A stretch of DNA of 64,000 bases from Mizuhopecten yessoensis (lineage: Eukaryota): positions 391,786-455,785 of the forward strand of contig NW_018408681.1 in the NCBI RefSeq assembly GCF_002113885.1, read 5' to 3'. The position numbers were made by a program, and so were the translations under genes. This document shows positions 39,834 to 52,642 of the stretch, in pieces. How positions within the stretch are numbered: position 1 is the first letter of the stretch; each line of letters starts with the position of its first letter. Under the pieces are notes generated by a model, which was not told the DNA's origin, ran no database searches, and saw nothing but the letters and a program-made list of their open reading frames with translations.

Positions 39834-41349
39834 CTGGTCTTTGGATATTGGAATTGCACCGGGAACTTTTTTGTTGAAATAAACTTATGGTTATCGACCT
39901 GCTGATAATTAAACATATATAGCTTATTGATATGACATTTTTATCGGGGACATATTATGAGCAGCAGTCGTCATTACGATGTATCTAAGATTTAGAAAAA
40001 TGAATTGTGAAAGTAAATCGTGTTTGATATGACGTTACACAACCGTTAAAGACGACGCTATAAAATATCCTATGAAATGTTACACTATAGCATGATCTGT
40101 GGAATGTCTAAATAACAAAAGAGAACTGTTAGAGATACTCTTACCTATTTGTTCTTATATGATACGATGTTTTTATAACTACGGGGCGTAATACAATAGC
40201 ATACAATGAACAATACTTTAAGTCAATTTTCGCACATTTATTTCATCGGAGAGTGTTAGAACAAGTCTGATAGTACTATTAACTATTGTTGTTAATTATC
40301 ATTGCCATTGGTCGTAAGTCGATTCCTGCTCTGATTGCTGTCATGGTTGTATAAACTCACTACTGTGACAATTGGTATATGGGTAACAGTTTGTTTTATA
40401 TTCCATGTCAATCACTGTTACATCATAGCTACTGATGCTGTGTGTTGACGACATGATGTCTCAGAACTTGTGTAGCCTGGTTTTGATATAGATCAAGTTG
40501 ACACGTACCAAAGATAATGTGATGTGTTTCTTATAATATATATTAACGACGACAGAATAAGGAGATATTGTCAAAAAAGTAATCGCTAGGGTCATGGACG
40601 TACTGTAAGAATCGGGATCGCTCTAAACGCCTACATATATATTCAAGGAAAAAGTATGTCACATAGACGCCTTAGTATTGTTATTTATATGCAGTGCCCA
40701 TAACCAAAATGTTTGTTTCCACATTCACACTGTTTTTCCCTTGGATATCTAATATAAATAAATAGCAAACGCCTTAAATGCTGGCTATGTCATCAAAGAT
40801 TTACACCCAGACGAATAGTTTATATTGCTCGTTAGTCTACGAACCTACGAGTAATGTGATAGTGTACAGTACAGTCATCAAGGTATGCACTATCTTTCAC
40901 CATCAAGCTTTGGTGCAGGCACTGTCAAGCGTTCTTGCTGTTAGGCTTAGAGCATAGTTCAAGTACCATTAGCTGTTGCCTTACATTGTAGTACACGCCC
41001 CTGTACCTATACGTGACAATGTTGAATACAGTGCACTATTACATTGTATACGTGATTTTTTTTTCAAATATACCCATTATTGTAGCAAAGATAACAATTC
41101 ATGAAATAGTATTAAATAACCGCATTACCGAAGTTTGTTTTATAAATTAAATTAAACAAAAATTTAAATTGAAATGATCATATTTTATCAAACCGTACAT
41201 AACATTATTCTGATACTAAGTAAAAACAAAAACAAAAAAAAACAAAAAACCAGTACAAAATATAAGAAAGGAAAAACACAAAACATTGTGTGGGGGAGAT
41301 TGATGATAATATAAAATAATTGAAAAGAACATTTCAATTTACTACTCAC

Positions 41350-41401
41350 CTAAGTCAAAGATGATCAATTTTGGCCTTGGTGTTTCCTCCATATTGTCCA
41401 T
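41350..41401 (-). CDS. MDP1: MDP1-like phosphatase, coding exon 1 (MDNMEETPRPKLIIFDL + first base of Asp)
   Basis: Reverse strand reads ATGGACAATATGGAGGAAACACCAAGGCCAAAATTGATCATCTTTGACTTAG|gtgagt. PKLIIFDL matches the MDP1 N-terminus (human PKLAVFDLD, from memory). The ATG has A at -3 and G at +4, with an in-frame TAA two codons upstream. The phase-1 donor fits exon 2. Confidence 0.88.
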
Positions 41402-41720
41402 ATTTTAATTTCCAAAGTCCAGCAATCAAGGATTAAACTTTTATCTTAATCCAATTTTCAACTGTGTTTTTTCGTTTTATTATCGTCGTTTTAACATACT
41501 AAAATGTCGCACGGCTTATTCTACAATCAGTTCTTTTTCCCTATTTGTCTGAACAATTATGGAGAAAAATAATTTTTGCGCGCCAAGTATTGAACTTCTC
41601 GACGTATGGTACAGCGCTGATGATTTGATGAGAACGACTGCACGAGAGGTTTGGCGCGGGAATCGGCAGTAGTGGCTTCAGCAGCAGCAATAGTAGAGAC
41701 TACCAAAAGGTAGGGATTCT
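41402..41720 (-). promoter_or_regulatory. Putative 5' UTR / proximal promoter of the MDP1-like gene
   Basis: Lies immediately upstream of the ATG and becomes CpG-richer toward 41570-41720. It has two oppositely oriented E2F-like TTGGCGCG motifs (about 41579-41586 on the minus strand, 41651-41658 on the plus strand). The TSS is not determinable from sequence. Confidence 0.3.
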
Positions 41721-42994
41721 GTACTGCAAGTATTGGGTTATCACAACACCATGCGCCTACGAATCCTTTAGAGCAATGTATAATACACGGCTCCGTACCG
41801 AGACTAGGTCTTCCTACAAACTGGATAGATGGGTGTCTGTAGCGATGTGCACCAGGACAGGATGGGCTTTTTAAGAATGGAATATCCGACGTTACCTGTC
41901 TATATCACGACTATGAGTGGTGTCGGAATATTAAACGGGAACACGGTGCGGAATAAAATGTCGACAGCAGCCGCAGCCAAACTTATTGAAACGGCACAAA
42001 AATCTCGACGCAGGCCAAATTAGATGCTTCATTTAACATAGGAATAATTTCCGGATGCTGAACGAATATTTCCGACAGAAATTGGCCACAACCACATCAT
42101 TTTTTTATCCAATTAGTTCCGTGGTTATGTCGATTTTCGTTTCGAGTTTTGCTGGAGTTGTTGTAGTTTTGCTGGCGTAAGACATCATATAGTGATAGTG
42201 TATGTACTTGTAATGTAGAAAGAATCATACATACATATCGGTGTGCGATCCATAGGACAAAACATTTTAAAGTGATTCTGTTCTGCAACAATCATACCTT
42301 GTCCAAATGACATTCAAAGATATAGAATAAAATCTCAATATCACTTCATCGATTCCATTCGCATCCCACTGTGCAAACAGATTTTAATAAGTAATTTCCC
42401 CTTAATTTTAACTTTTCCGTCTCCTTCCATGTTCATCTGTATCTCCAAAAACCTTTACATTGCCAAAATATAGTCGGGAAATAGTGACAACATCACGTAG
42501 GTTGACTGCAGTTACAAATTTACATTTTCTGGATTTCAGGAACTCACATTATCTAACCGTCACTGTTCAAATTAGAGCTTAAGTCGTATCATACTTGGTA
42601 ACCTTAGAGTAAAGGGTACCGTAGCATCAATGTAAGTCGCGAAAAGGAGTTTCACTTTGGAACCAGTTTTTAACGATTTGGAGTAGGCTCCCTTATATAT
42701 ACAAGATGAAGCAACAAATTGGCATTTTTCGTGCTTAAAATATATTTTTCTTGTCGAGGTAATCATTTCTCATGTTGATGCTTTGCATGTTACATTTCTG
42801 AAAAACAACATTGGTGAAGTGTAGATTTGGCATTGGATATGTGTCGAGTTTGATCATGTAGTTTTTGTTGTTATTTTTGTTCGTTTACATTTGAAATACC
42901 CAGCTTTCTCTCGTTCCGTAAAAATCATATCTGACCATATTTCGGTTAGAAGAAATACGTGAATACAAAAGTCTTGCACAAATATTTCACGTGA

Positions 42995-43378
42995 GTGTTT
43001 GTTTGTTTGTTTGTTTGCGGTTTAACGTCTCGCAACAGTCAGGGCTGAAACAGAGAGTAGACAGAAAAGAAAGAAGAGATGAAATAAAGGAACCGAGAAA
43101 GATCCCAAGTGTTGCGATGGGGGCAGCAGATCAATTTTGGTCTAATCCATGTCCCCTACGTAGGAGACCCCCGATTCTGCAGGGGGAGGGCACATTATCA
43201 TATTTTACGATACACGTGCAGTGGGATACAACACGTCTATTCTTGATTTCTTCTATGTTCCGTAAATAGAACGCAAGGAATACCCGCCCCCCCCCCCCCC
43301 CCCCCCCCCNTTAGTCGCCTTTAATGGTAATGCAGTGGGGAAACAGTAGGCTTATTATTTCCTCGAATTTGCACAGGT
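42995..43378 (-). mobile_element. SINE / non-autonomous retroelement with an (AAAC)n tail
   Basis: The minus strand ends CTGTTGCGAGACGTTAAACCGC(AAAC)n. The 5' part has ...AAAGGCGACTAA, resembling the GTAAGAGGCGACTAA motif of RTE-related elements. It contains a C23 run and the single N (43310). Confidence 0.5.
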
Positions 43379-46300
43379 TTTCATGATTGTGAAAATATTT
43401 TCTTTTGATGACACTTTTTACCGTTAGGACACGATGGAGTAAAACTCTAATTACTGCTATGTTTACGGTTATTGAAACAGTTCATTAACACTAAAGTAAT
43501 AACATCTGTACATATTTATCAGAGTAACGTTAATCTATTGACAATAAAGAAGCTTTGTTTAACTTAAGCTTTGTTTAATTTAAAATTAAACTAGAATAAA
43601 GTCGATGATTTGCAAAAAAATAAATAAAAAATAACACGATGGACCTATCTAGATAAAATGAAATCTTGTTAATTGTACATGGTCCTTGGTGGTGAATTAA
43701 CCATACAAATATTAAAATGTCATGAACAATAGAGGTTTGTATGCTTCTGATTAGAAAAGGAAAACAGAACAGTATAATCAAAGATTCTTTTTTAAATTAC
43801 CAATATATTATAATGTAGGTAAGGGAAAAAAAGGAATACAATGATACCAAATGGTCAACACACTGGGAACAATTACAAATCATTGTCGATATTACGACTA
43901 GGTGACACTTGGACGAGGGGAGACGACAATCCATACAAAACAGGTTGTAAAATCGTCTGATCCGTTAGGGTAATTTAAAATATTTCTTGCATCATAGCAG
44001 GGACTAATATGTTGTATGTTAATGATCAGAGGAAGTTGATATTACTCACGTAACGATCATGAAGAAAAAACATATTAGTCCACATGTCACCTGATTGTGC
44101 GAATACGACGCCGAGGTATAGACAAAACGAGACACATAATTTGTTCATGTCTAATGTACAAATTTTAATGCAAAATCAATGAATCTGAAGAGTATGGTAT
44201 CTTTCCTCTGTAAGTAAAAAGTCATATGTAAGAACTTAAATTTAAAATAAACATAAAACAGAAGATACGACTTTATATTTGAAACGTTATGTGTATAAAT
44301 TTATATTACCTCTGCTATATTATTGGTTAAACAGCTCAGCCAAAGATTTTACATTTATTGGTTTCCATTAATTGACAAAGTTCCATCGAAATGTTTTATA
44401 AAAAAGACACATATCCAATGATACTATGTTCATGAGTGGAAAATCAAACGAAAAGTTATAAGATGAGAGTTTTTTCCCGGAAACGTTATGGAAATTGTGA
44501 TCAAAAGTATGTGACACTCTAGGCCTTTGTTCATAAATCCGTTCTTTTCTCAGATTCAAATGGTGATCTGAAACTTTTTTGCTACTGTAGTTACCGGCTG
44601 TGATCTTTTGGACATGATAAAAAGATAAACATGTAAGTACCTACAGCACATACACAGTAAGGTAATCGTATTTTCTCGCTTGAATTAAGCTTGCAACAGT
44701 ATATTCGTTCGAGCAAATGAATGGTTTTAAGAATTTGGGATCTGATTTCGATTACTCTGGTAGTTATGCATGTGATAACGACATAGCGCTATGATAATTT
44801 CGATGTTTTCTTGACGAAAAGAGATGCTGATCTCTCCAACCTTTCACAAACAGGATAACCCTGTCACATTTCCAAGAGTCATTATGTATTAGGGAAATAT
44901 ATATATTGTATATTCGTTCACCTTTTTCCAGCTATTGCCTTCCGTGTAATGAGAACGAATTTATCATGACGGTAATTAGCAATACTGAGCATACAGTATA
45001 TTTGACGAGTACATGTATGTTATGTGTTGGGAGTCCCAAAGGTTTGTTATATGCCTCCGAATAGTTCTACATTTGTCCTTTTTTTGTGTGTGGTGTAGTC
45101 TGACGTTTGCCAGCCTAAATGTTGAGCATATCATGTATCATATCAGAGATATTGCTTATATAACAATACATATTTATCTATGTCACACACTCCAAGATAT
45201 CAAGTAGATACGCATACGTCTTACTGAATGACAACACCGTTACTTCACTCTATGGTATGCACATGTGTTCGGAACACGTTATTTACCGTAAGAAATTAGA
45301 AATGCCATTAGTATAAAACAATAGCAACAGGTACCAATGCACGTGTAATTTGTAACTTAAGTAATCACAGGCATCCCTATTACTCTGGTATGTATATGCA
45401 TAGTGGCCTCTATCCATTTGTCAGATATCTCATCTGTGCGCGTGTGGTGCACGACATGTATAATTTATATCAAAGATTGGACTGCAACGTGCATTGGATT
45501 CTGAAGGTGTGATTCATACATTGGTACGTGTTAAATCGGTCATGGAAACACACGCGCATGCTACATGTATATGTATGTGTGAAAGTTCATGTTTTACCTG
45601 TAAGGTAAAGAATTGATACATTTTAGAATGTAATGTGTATCATTGGCTGTGTTGTATGTATAACATATTGTATTGTGTATATAAGATATTCAAAATACGC
45701 TAATTTATATTGAGTGATAAAAGGATGTCATAAGACCAAGTTTCTAGATAGATGTGTAATGATGACCAAATAAGCTTTACCAGGGTTTCCAACCTGAACG
45801 GCATGACACGACGTCATCCAACATACGTTCTTGATTTATAAGAAACATCATTTCTGATACCATATATAATCCAGGAAAAATGCGTTTTAAAATTTTAATT
45901 ACAATTTCGCACTTTTCTGTGTTATACGTTATTTTCCCCGTTACTTTTTCATACGACATTCTGTTTAGTTATATACTGCAATGCTACCATTAACTGGTTA
46001 TATATTCATTGATTGCAATTATAGATGAACATATATTCACTATCAATTTTATGGCACCATGTTTAGAGTTGCGTCAACGCCCGGTACCGAAACGGCGCCT
46101 ATCAACAATACGCCAGGGATCAAGACTATCTTCAAATACATTTTGTTTGTTTTAAATTTGAGTTTTGTTGATATGGAAAATATCGTTTTAATATAGAAGA
46201 TTAAATTAGAAAATATTCCCACCATAACAATTTCCGCAGATATAGGCATTAAAAATCAACATGGGACAGATACGTCGAGTACGACTCACGGGGAAACAGA

Positions 46301-48286
46301 CATACTCCATCACTAGACAAGGGAAACTAGAAGCACATGCTTCCTGTCGTAACAGTAAGATCCGGTTAGCATTGCTACATTGTTGACATACAGTCGCTAT
46401 ACGAGTGATAGCCATACCAATGCAACATCATAACCAGTATCACATTCGAGTACTATGTTCCCAAATGTATATACTTTTGTTGTGTAGTCTGTCGCGCATT
46501 TAGACCTCATTGATTTGTGTAATTTATACACAGCTAACGTGATCTGTTGATCCTCAGAACAGTTAGTATGTATTTTTGTCTTAACTTAAAATTGTAAGTT
46601 GGAAGAGGCGCATTTACATTGAAACACAGATATCGTAAAAATACTTATCGACCAAAAATGCAGTTTTAATCCAATAAAAGCGAAAAACATAACACGTTAT
46701 TTTTCATGATCGGAAACCAATCGGGTGTTTCCGTCAACATGTTTAAGTAATCGGGGACCAATTATGACCTGACGTGAAATTCAAATTATTATGGAAATTC
46801 CCGAATTGTTCTTATTGACATGTTACCAGACGAAACTGATAACCAGAAAAAGCAAGATCAAGTTCTCGCAAAAGTGACCGTTCAGCCAATTGGTAAACTA
46901 GCTTGTTGTAAATGTCTTTGGAACTAAATAACACCGCAAAAACTTTTCATTTTTTCCCTTTGCTGTTTTGAACGTAAAACAAGGGAATACAATGTCTCTT
47001 TTTAACATGTATTATGGTATGAAACACACTTCCATTCAAACACATTCCAAGATGAGCTAGCTTGTATCATGCCGTTGGACGGGAACGAGTTTCATACCGT
47101 CATAAATGTTAAAAGATGTATTTCACTCCAAAAATAAAATACCAAAATGCAATGGAAACTGTCTGATATTCTGATGAATATAAAAGGAACATGTTACCAT
47201 TAACACAAAGAACAAGTGTTTAAAACAATATATCAAGCATAATCCCCCAAAAAATGATCTGCGATACAGGTGCCGAAACATGTTTTGATAAAATGCCTAT
47301 AATTGCAGGGTTTTGTTGACGAGAAGAAAAAGAAAATATACCGCTATAGGGGGATCAAGATAAAAAAATAATATGAATTGACTTCACTTTTAAATACGCT
47401 TCCTACTCAGTATATATATATATTATTGGTGATACCTATATCATCAGGAATCAAATAGAAATATGCTTCAGAAACAAATATGTCAAACGAGTGGCACCCT
47501 TACCTATTCATTAATGCCGTTCACAGGAATTTCAAAAAGTTTTAATTACACGCTTCCATGACAACAGTTATTTTTTACAATCAGATGTTAAAACATAACT
47601 GATAATAAAAAATAAATTGATCAAATACAACAGCTGTATTTATGACTTACTATGTCAATATTTCTTTATTATTCACTGATAAATGTTTTGGCCCTGTCGC
47701 TGAAAACGGAAAGTAAATGCTTCTGACGAAGGCAAATCATCCATATTTTTGTTAATCTTAACAAAATATGTTTCCGACGAATCAAGGTGTTTGTACGGGA
47801 TTTTACGAGATTGAGACTAACGCAGCAATTCAATGTCTTGTGCTTATACAAATGTGTAGATACAGATACATTACCATTATTAAGCGATTAAATGACACTC
47901 TATAATCACTGAACGCTAGTAGTATTAATTTTTCGTGTAATCAAGCAATAATGCCAAATAAACATTTAACTTCAAGTGTTCAGTCGACCCTTACAGAATA
48001 TGACGCTTAACACGTGTATATGTTCAGCACGATAGCCGTTTTGTTTCAACTGATGGTACTCGTGTACGCCTCCTGGCATTCCTTTATATTATAATTGGTT
48101 TAGTTGACCTTGCTTTTAACATATCTGAACATACCGTGAAGATAATTTGTATTCCAGTGACAAATTACCTGTCTGGAGGTGTTCTAGCTGATTTCAAATG
48201 TGATGAGTGTCAGTCGCCATCGATCTATGCTTAAACATTTTTATAGGCAGTTTCGGCATATTAGACACATTCTAGGACAAAAATTG

Positions 48287-48345
48287 TTGTCCAAACTCCA
48301 ATCATTAGAAGTTTCATACGCGATGTATTACTCATCAGTAAACAA
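48287..48345 (-). ncRNA. Degenerate type I hammerhead-ribozyme-like motif
   Basis: Minus strand: UUGUUUA-CUGAUGA-GUAAUACAUCGCGUAU-GAAA-CUUCUAAUGAUUGGAG-UU-UGGACAA. The core boxes are in the correct order. Stem I is 7 bp (2 GU), stem III is CUUC/GGAG, the triplet is GUU, and stem II is weak. Confidence 0.45.
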
Positions 48346-51300
48346 ACTTTAAAACAGATTAGGGTGATATGGAGGAAAAAGCGAAGGCAACCCAACAACA
48401 TCTCCTGGTTGCAATGAATAACAGATTACGAAACCTTGACATATTTTCTGTGGAAGAGGGATCGCTGAAAGGTAAACATATCAATTCAAATATAACTTGG
48501 GTGGTGTTCCATCCAGTTAATCACAAATAAGTGATTTATTTCACACGCAACCGGGTGTATTCCGAAAATAGCATTCACACGCCTTAAACAGCTTACCAAA
48601 ATGGTAAAAGTCCGGAGTATATTTGTATTAACAAAATTGATGTCTTGTTTGATAGGCACATACAACGACTTTTAAATACATCAATTACAATTTACATAAT
48701 TAATTCTTGATGAAACGAAAATTAGATTTTTACTACATCCTTCAGTGTTTGATCAACTAAGAACAAAGTTCAAATAACATGGAAGCACATCATTATTTTA
48801 AGTCGCAGCAAATGTTTTGCTGCACGAGATCTGCGCATAAAGGTAAGCTAAAAAATGTTAAAGACAGCCATACTGCGGGGAGGAATTTGATAAATGCTTA
48901 TTGAGTGAGCACATAGAGTTTTATGGCCGACATACTCAGACAAACTTAATTTTATATCACTTTGAAGTCTTGACAAGTTCTAAATCTAAACACATTAGTG
49001 TACTGATACAGCAACATCGTAATTTCAGTTTAAAAACAAACTGATGTTAATATGTTTATATAATAAAAGCGAACGACCTAACAATATCTGTGCAACACTG
49101 TCTCTATTTAGATGTTATAATGTAAATTTTTAAATTATTGACGATAAACAATTCTGTTTTAACTAAAATTGTTCAAATATTTATTTCATAGTCACAGCCT
49201 TTAATGAGAGAAACGTGACTGTTAGCTTTCTTGTGATAATTCAAGTATGCTCTTCTCAGGATATGACCTAGGGTTGAGAAATAACATTTATTATCTTTCA
49301 AAAAGAAAATAATATTTTGTTTTGTCCCTTAATAAAAAGAAAGGAAACACAATTAAAACAACCGTATCAACTATAATCATGTCGGAAAGAAATTTCACTA
49401 ACAGGATAAGTACTGATTGGCTTTGAATACAGGATGGTCTTTGTAGAATCATGTTTGCGACTCTCCATACTACATACAAAACTGTACTCGCACTAACGGA
49501 ATTCTTGTCTATATATAAAGATCGAGGTTGTACTGTGGAATTACATATCTGGTAAACGTTTAAGTTTAAACTTTATATTGACGCTAAACAGATAACATGT
49601 AAGTATGTATACCTATAGTGTATATATCAACCCCATGCACACATGAGATAAGACGATAATGATTCCTAAGTTTAACATCACTCCTTACTCCACTTCCTGA
49701 CACTCTAGAAACCAGAACACTGAAAAACAAAGTTTCAGCAGCTTAGGGTCCCGCGCTTCAAATTTTATAATTTACTTTGGTTTCAGAATCGTTGACATTC
49801 GTCAAAATATTTTATGTTTGTTACAGTGCATCACTAGTATGATTGTATAAACCTAACGTGTTTTCATTGTTTAAATATTATATTTGGGAAATATATCATC
49901 ATGTAAATTTTAATATTTGACTGGGTAAGTTGACAAGACTTTACCAAGTAAGTATTGAGATGCCGGGTCTAATTTCATGGCACTTGACTTTATCTGGTGT
50001 GGACATGCGTGATTACTTTACATTAAAGTGTGAGGAAAATTGCTAGATTATTAGGTATTTTTGTCCTTTAAGGAAGGGAGTCCTAACGTTCTGTGAAGCT
50101 CCTTCAATGAACTAGAGTTCCATTTAGTTTGGCATTTAACTGACGCGGAGTAACTTGCCCATTTACGATAGCAACGCGGCGATTCGATCCCTAGACCTAT
50201 TCATTAATAAAACTAAAGACCTACATGTATCTACTGCGCGCTACATGTCCTAATTTCTGCTATGTTTTTACTGTTTTCAGAATATATTCCCCAACCTTTG
50301 ATGGCTTTATCACCCAAATATAGAGAATGAATAGAAGAACAAATTTAATACGAAAATATCTGTATACAGCCAAAACAAGGCAGGCAAGTAATGAGACTAC
50401 CTATTAGTAAGGAAAAATCAACTTTATTAAAAGTATAAGGCATATCTGACGTAGAAGATCCTTAGGGAGCCTGAGACAGAAAACAACGATAAGTAAGTAT
50501 ATCCTCTTATATTTTGTTTGACTCGTTAAGAGGTTATTTTACATGTTATCGTTCCAAGTACAACCTGCAACACAAGCTTGATTCAAGTTTGAAAGGCGTT
50601 TCTGCAGACGAAACATTGAAATGCAGTGGTTTATCTAATTCCCGTGTGTTTTTAAAGTCACGCGTGAGCAATAAACCAGGCTGGATATGCATTTTCAAAA
50701 TGCACAAACAATTAGCTACAGTTTTGAAACAAGCACAGAAAACCACGACGCCGTGTATGCAGTAATCTACCTTGATCAACCACTGGAGATCTGCCCAAGT
50801 TATTATGTACGAGCTATCAACTTCTGGAAATTCCTAATCCGTTACAAAAACAGATATTAACATATCGAGACTAAAGATCAACACTCGACTGATAAGTAAG
50901 ACATTTTTGGAATTCACAGAAAAACTTCCTTTTTTCTTTTTTTCGATAAGTTATTTTGATATGATCTAATAGTAGACATTTTTCAAAGGCGTTTTTAATC
51001 ACTGAATATGGTATCTTAAGCACGTTTGCATGTACGGCATTAAGTGTTAGTCTTGTAATTAATGTACTTGCTTGAAATTTGGAAGCATTGCTTATCAAAG
51101 TACCATTCAGCTAAGGGATTCCTTTCCCACTGCAGTGTGTTTTTGTATATAATACTTCCCCTTAATTTCGTTTTAGATATAACTGTAGCCAGGTTAGGCC
51201 AGGACACTTTCGTTGACTAGGTTGACTAAGTCGGTAAGAGAGATAGTAAAACAATCTTAAGTGAAGGACAGAATCCCAATCTAGCCAGTTTGAATTTTTA

Positions 51301-51697
51301 CACTCAGAACATTGTTGTAAATTTTCTCTCATTTCCCGGTGTGTAAGATATAGCTGTCCATGGTAAAAAAGGGGTGTAGGAAATTTCTATCTAACACCCC
51401 ATTTCACGTGACGTGACGTCACAATGGCTCATCAATGACGTGACGTCATGGATTTGGAACTCTCCGATGCCGCTATGCGGAAAAGGCAACGTTATGAAAT
51501 TAAAACCGTTTACGATATATATACCGAACGTAAGAAATATATTAATAATTTTTCAGTACAAACTGTGTTTGGCAGTATGGGATATGCTCAATCTCGCTGA
51601 CTGATTCATTATCGTCTAAAACGTTCAGGGGGGATTGATACTTTCAAAATGGTGGTTTCTGAACTTATTCTGGTGGTTGGAATGAGAGAAAAATACG

Positions 51698-51781
51698 CTT
51701 TCATGCCCAAGGGTGTAGGATAGGGAAATTCTACCCTCAGGATTTTCAAATTTCCATATCCTACAACCCTGGGAATGAAAG
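51698..51781. repeat. 84-nt foldback: 33-bp arms, 4 mismatches, 18-nt loop; probably part of a non-autonomous DNA element at about 51360-51790
   Basis: CTTTCATGCCCAAGGGTGTAGGATAGGGAAATT compared with AATTTCCATATCCTACAACCCTGGGAATGAAAG. A partial third arm copy lies at about 51369-51390. Confidence 0.75.
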
Positions 51782-52421
51782 AGTCTTATAATATTTTGTT
51801 CTTTTCATTTGAACTTTTCCCCCATGAACGTCCATCATGGTATGGTTTTCTTTTCAAAAATGATTTATGAAAGCTATAGTCATACCGTAAAAAACGGTTG
51901 CCATTATGTGGTTACATTATTAGGACGTGGTACTGGGATCCTTAAAATAGAGAGACCAGTTAAAATAAGTTATCTTGTAGGGCCGGTGGTGGTATTAAAC
52001 GATGAGTCCGGCTGTAGCACATTGCATACTCGTAAGTGATAATGAGAATGAATGTATTGTTTTGTTCTGCCATTGTTTTTCTCACACACTTCATTTTGGC
52101 AATACAGAAGAGACCAAAAATGATCTGTTGTCACTATTCCCGGCATTGAAGCCTCCTAAGTCCACCTTAAAGTAAGTGTTCCGCCTCATATAGCAATTTC
52201 GTCCGCTAAAGACTCACCAATTGTACCCTAGGTCAAACAATGAACACGCCATGCCGAAGTGATCTGCGGCATATCTAGAATACAGCTAAAAGGAACGGAT
52301 GTCTATAAAAACCCTTTTTACGTTATAAATTCATTTTTCTGCGTAAACAGGGACTATTTTCTCAATCTAGTATTTCCTGTTAACCTTCACAGAATAGATC
52401 CTAGCTATCAGGCTTCGACTA

Positions 52422-52642
52422 TTTGCTTTTTTGTTTCTGTTTTACGCCCTATTAACAACAATGGTCATTTAAGGACGTGCCTGGTTTTTGTGTTGGAGGA
52501 AAGCCGGAGTTCCGGGTAAAATCACCGGCCAACGGCCAGTACCTGGCGAATGCCCCACGTAGGTCTCGATCCCGCGATCCAGTGTTGGAGGGCTGGTGGT
52601 AGCAGAATGTCAGACGCCTTAACCATTTTGCCACCGCGGCCC
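52422..52642 (-). mobile_element. Full-length tRNA-derived V-domain SINE with a 16-bp target-site duplication
   Basis: Minus strand: GGGCCGCGGTGGCAAAATGG (A box), GGATCGAGACC (B-box-like), GGTGATTTTACCCGGAACTCCGGCTTTCCTCC (V-domain-like), then an A-rich tail. The flanks are TATCAGGCTTCGACTA (52406-52421) and TATCTGGTTTCGACTA (52643-52658), 14/16 identical. Confidence 0.85.

Noticed and set aside
43287-43310. C23 homopolymer followed by N
   Set aside because: Likely a homopolymer or assembly uncertainty inside a retroelement, so the length is unreliable.
44554-50493. Isolated plus-strand acceptor/donor pairs (about 44554-44632 and 50281-50492) suggesting a divergent transcript
   Set aside because: The first has stops in all frames, and such pairs arise by chance in AT-rich DNA. 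It cannot be supported without RNA data.
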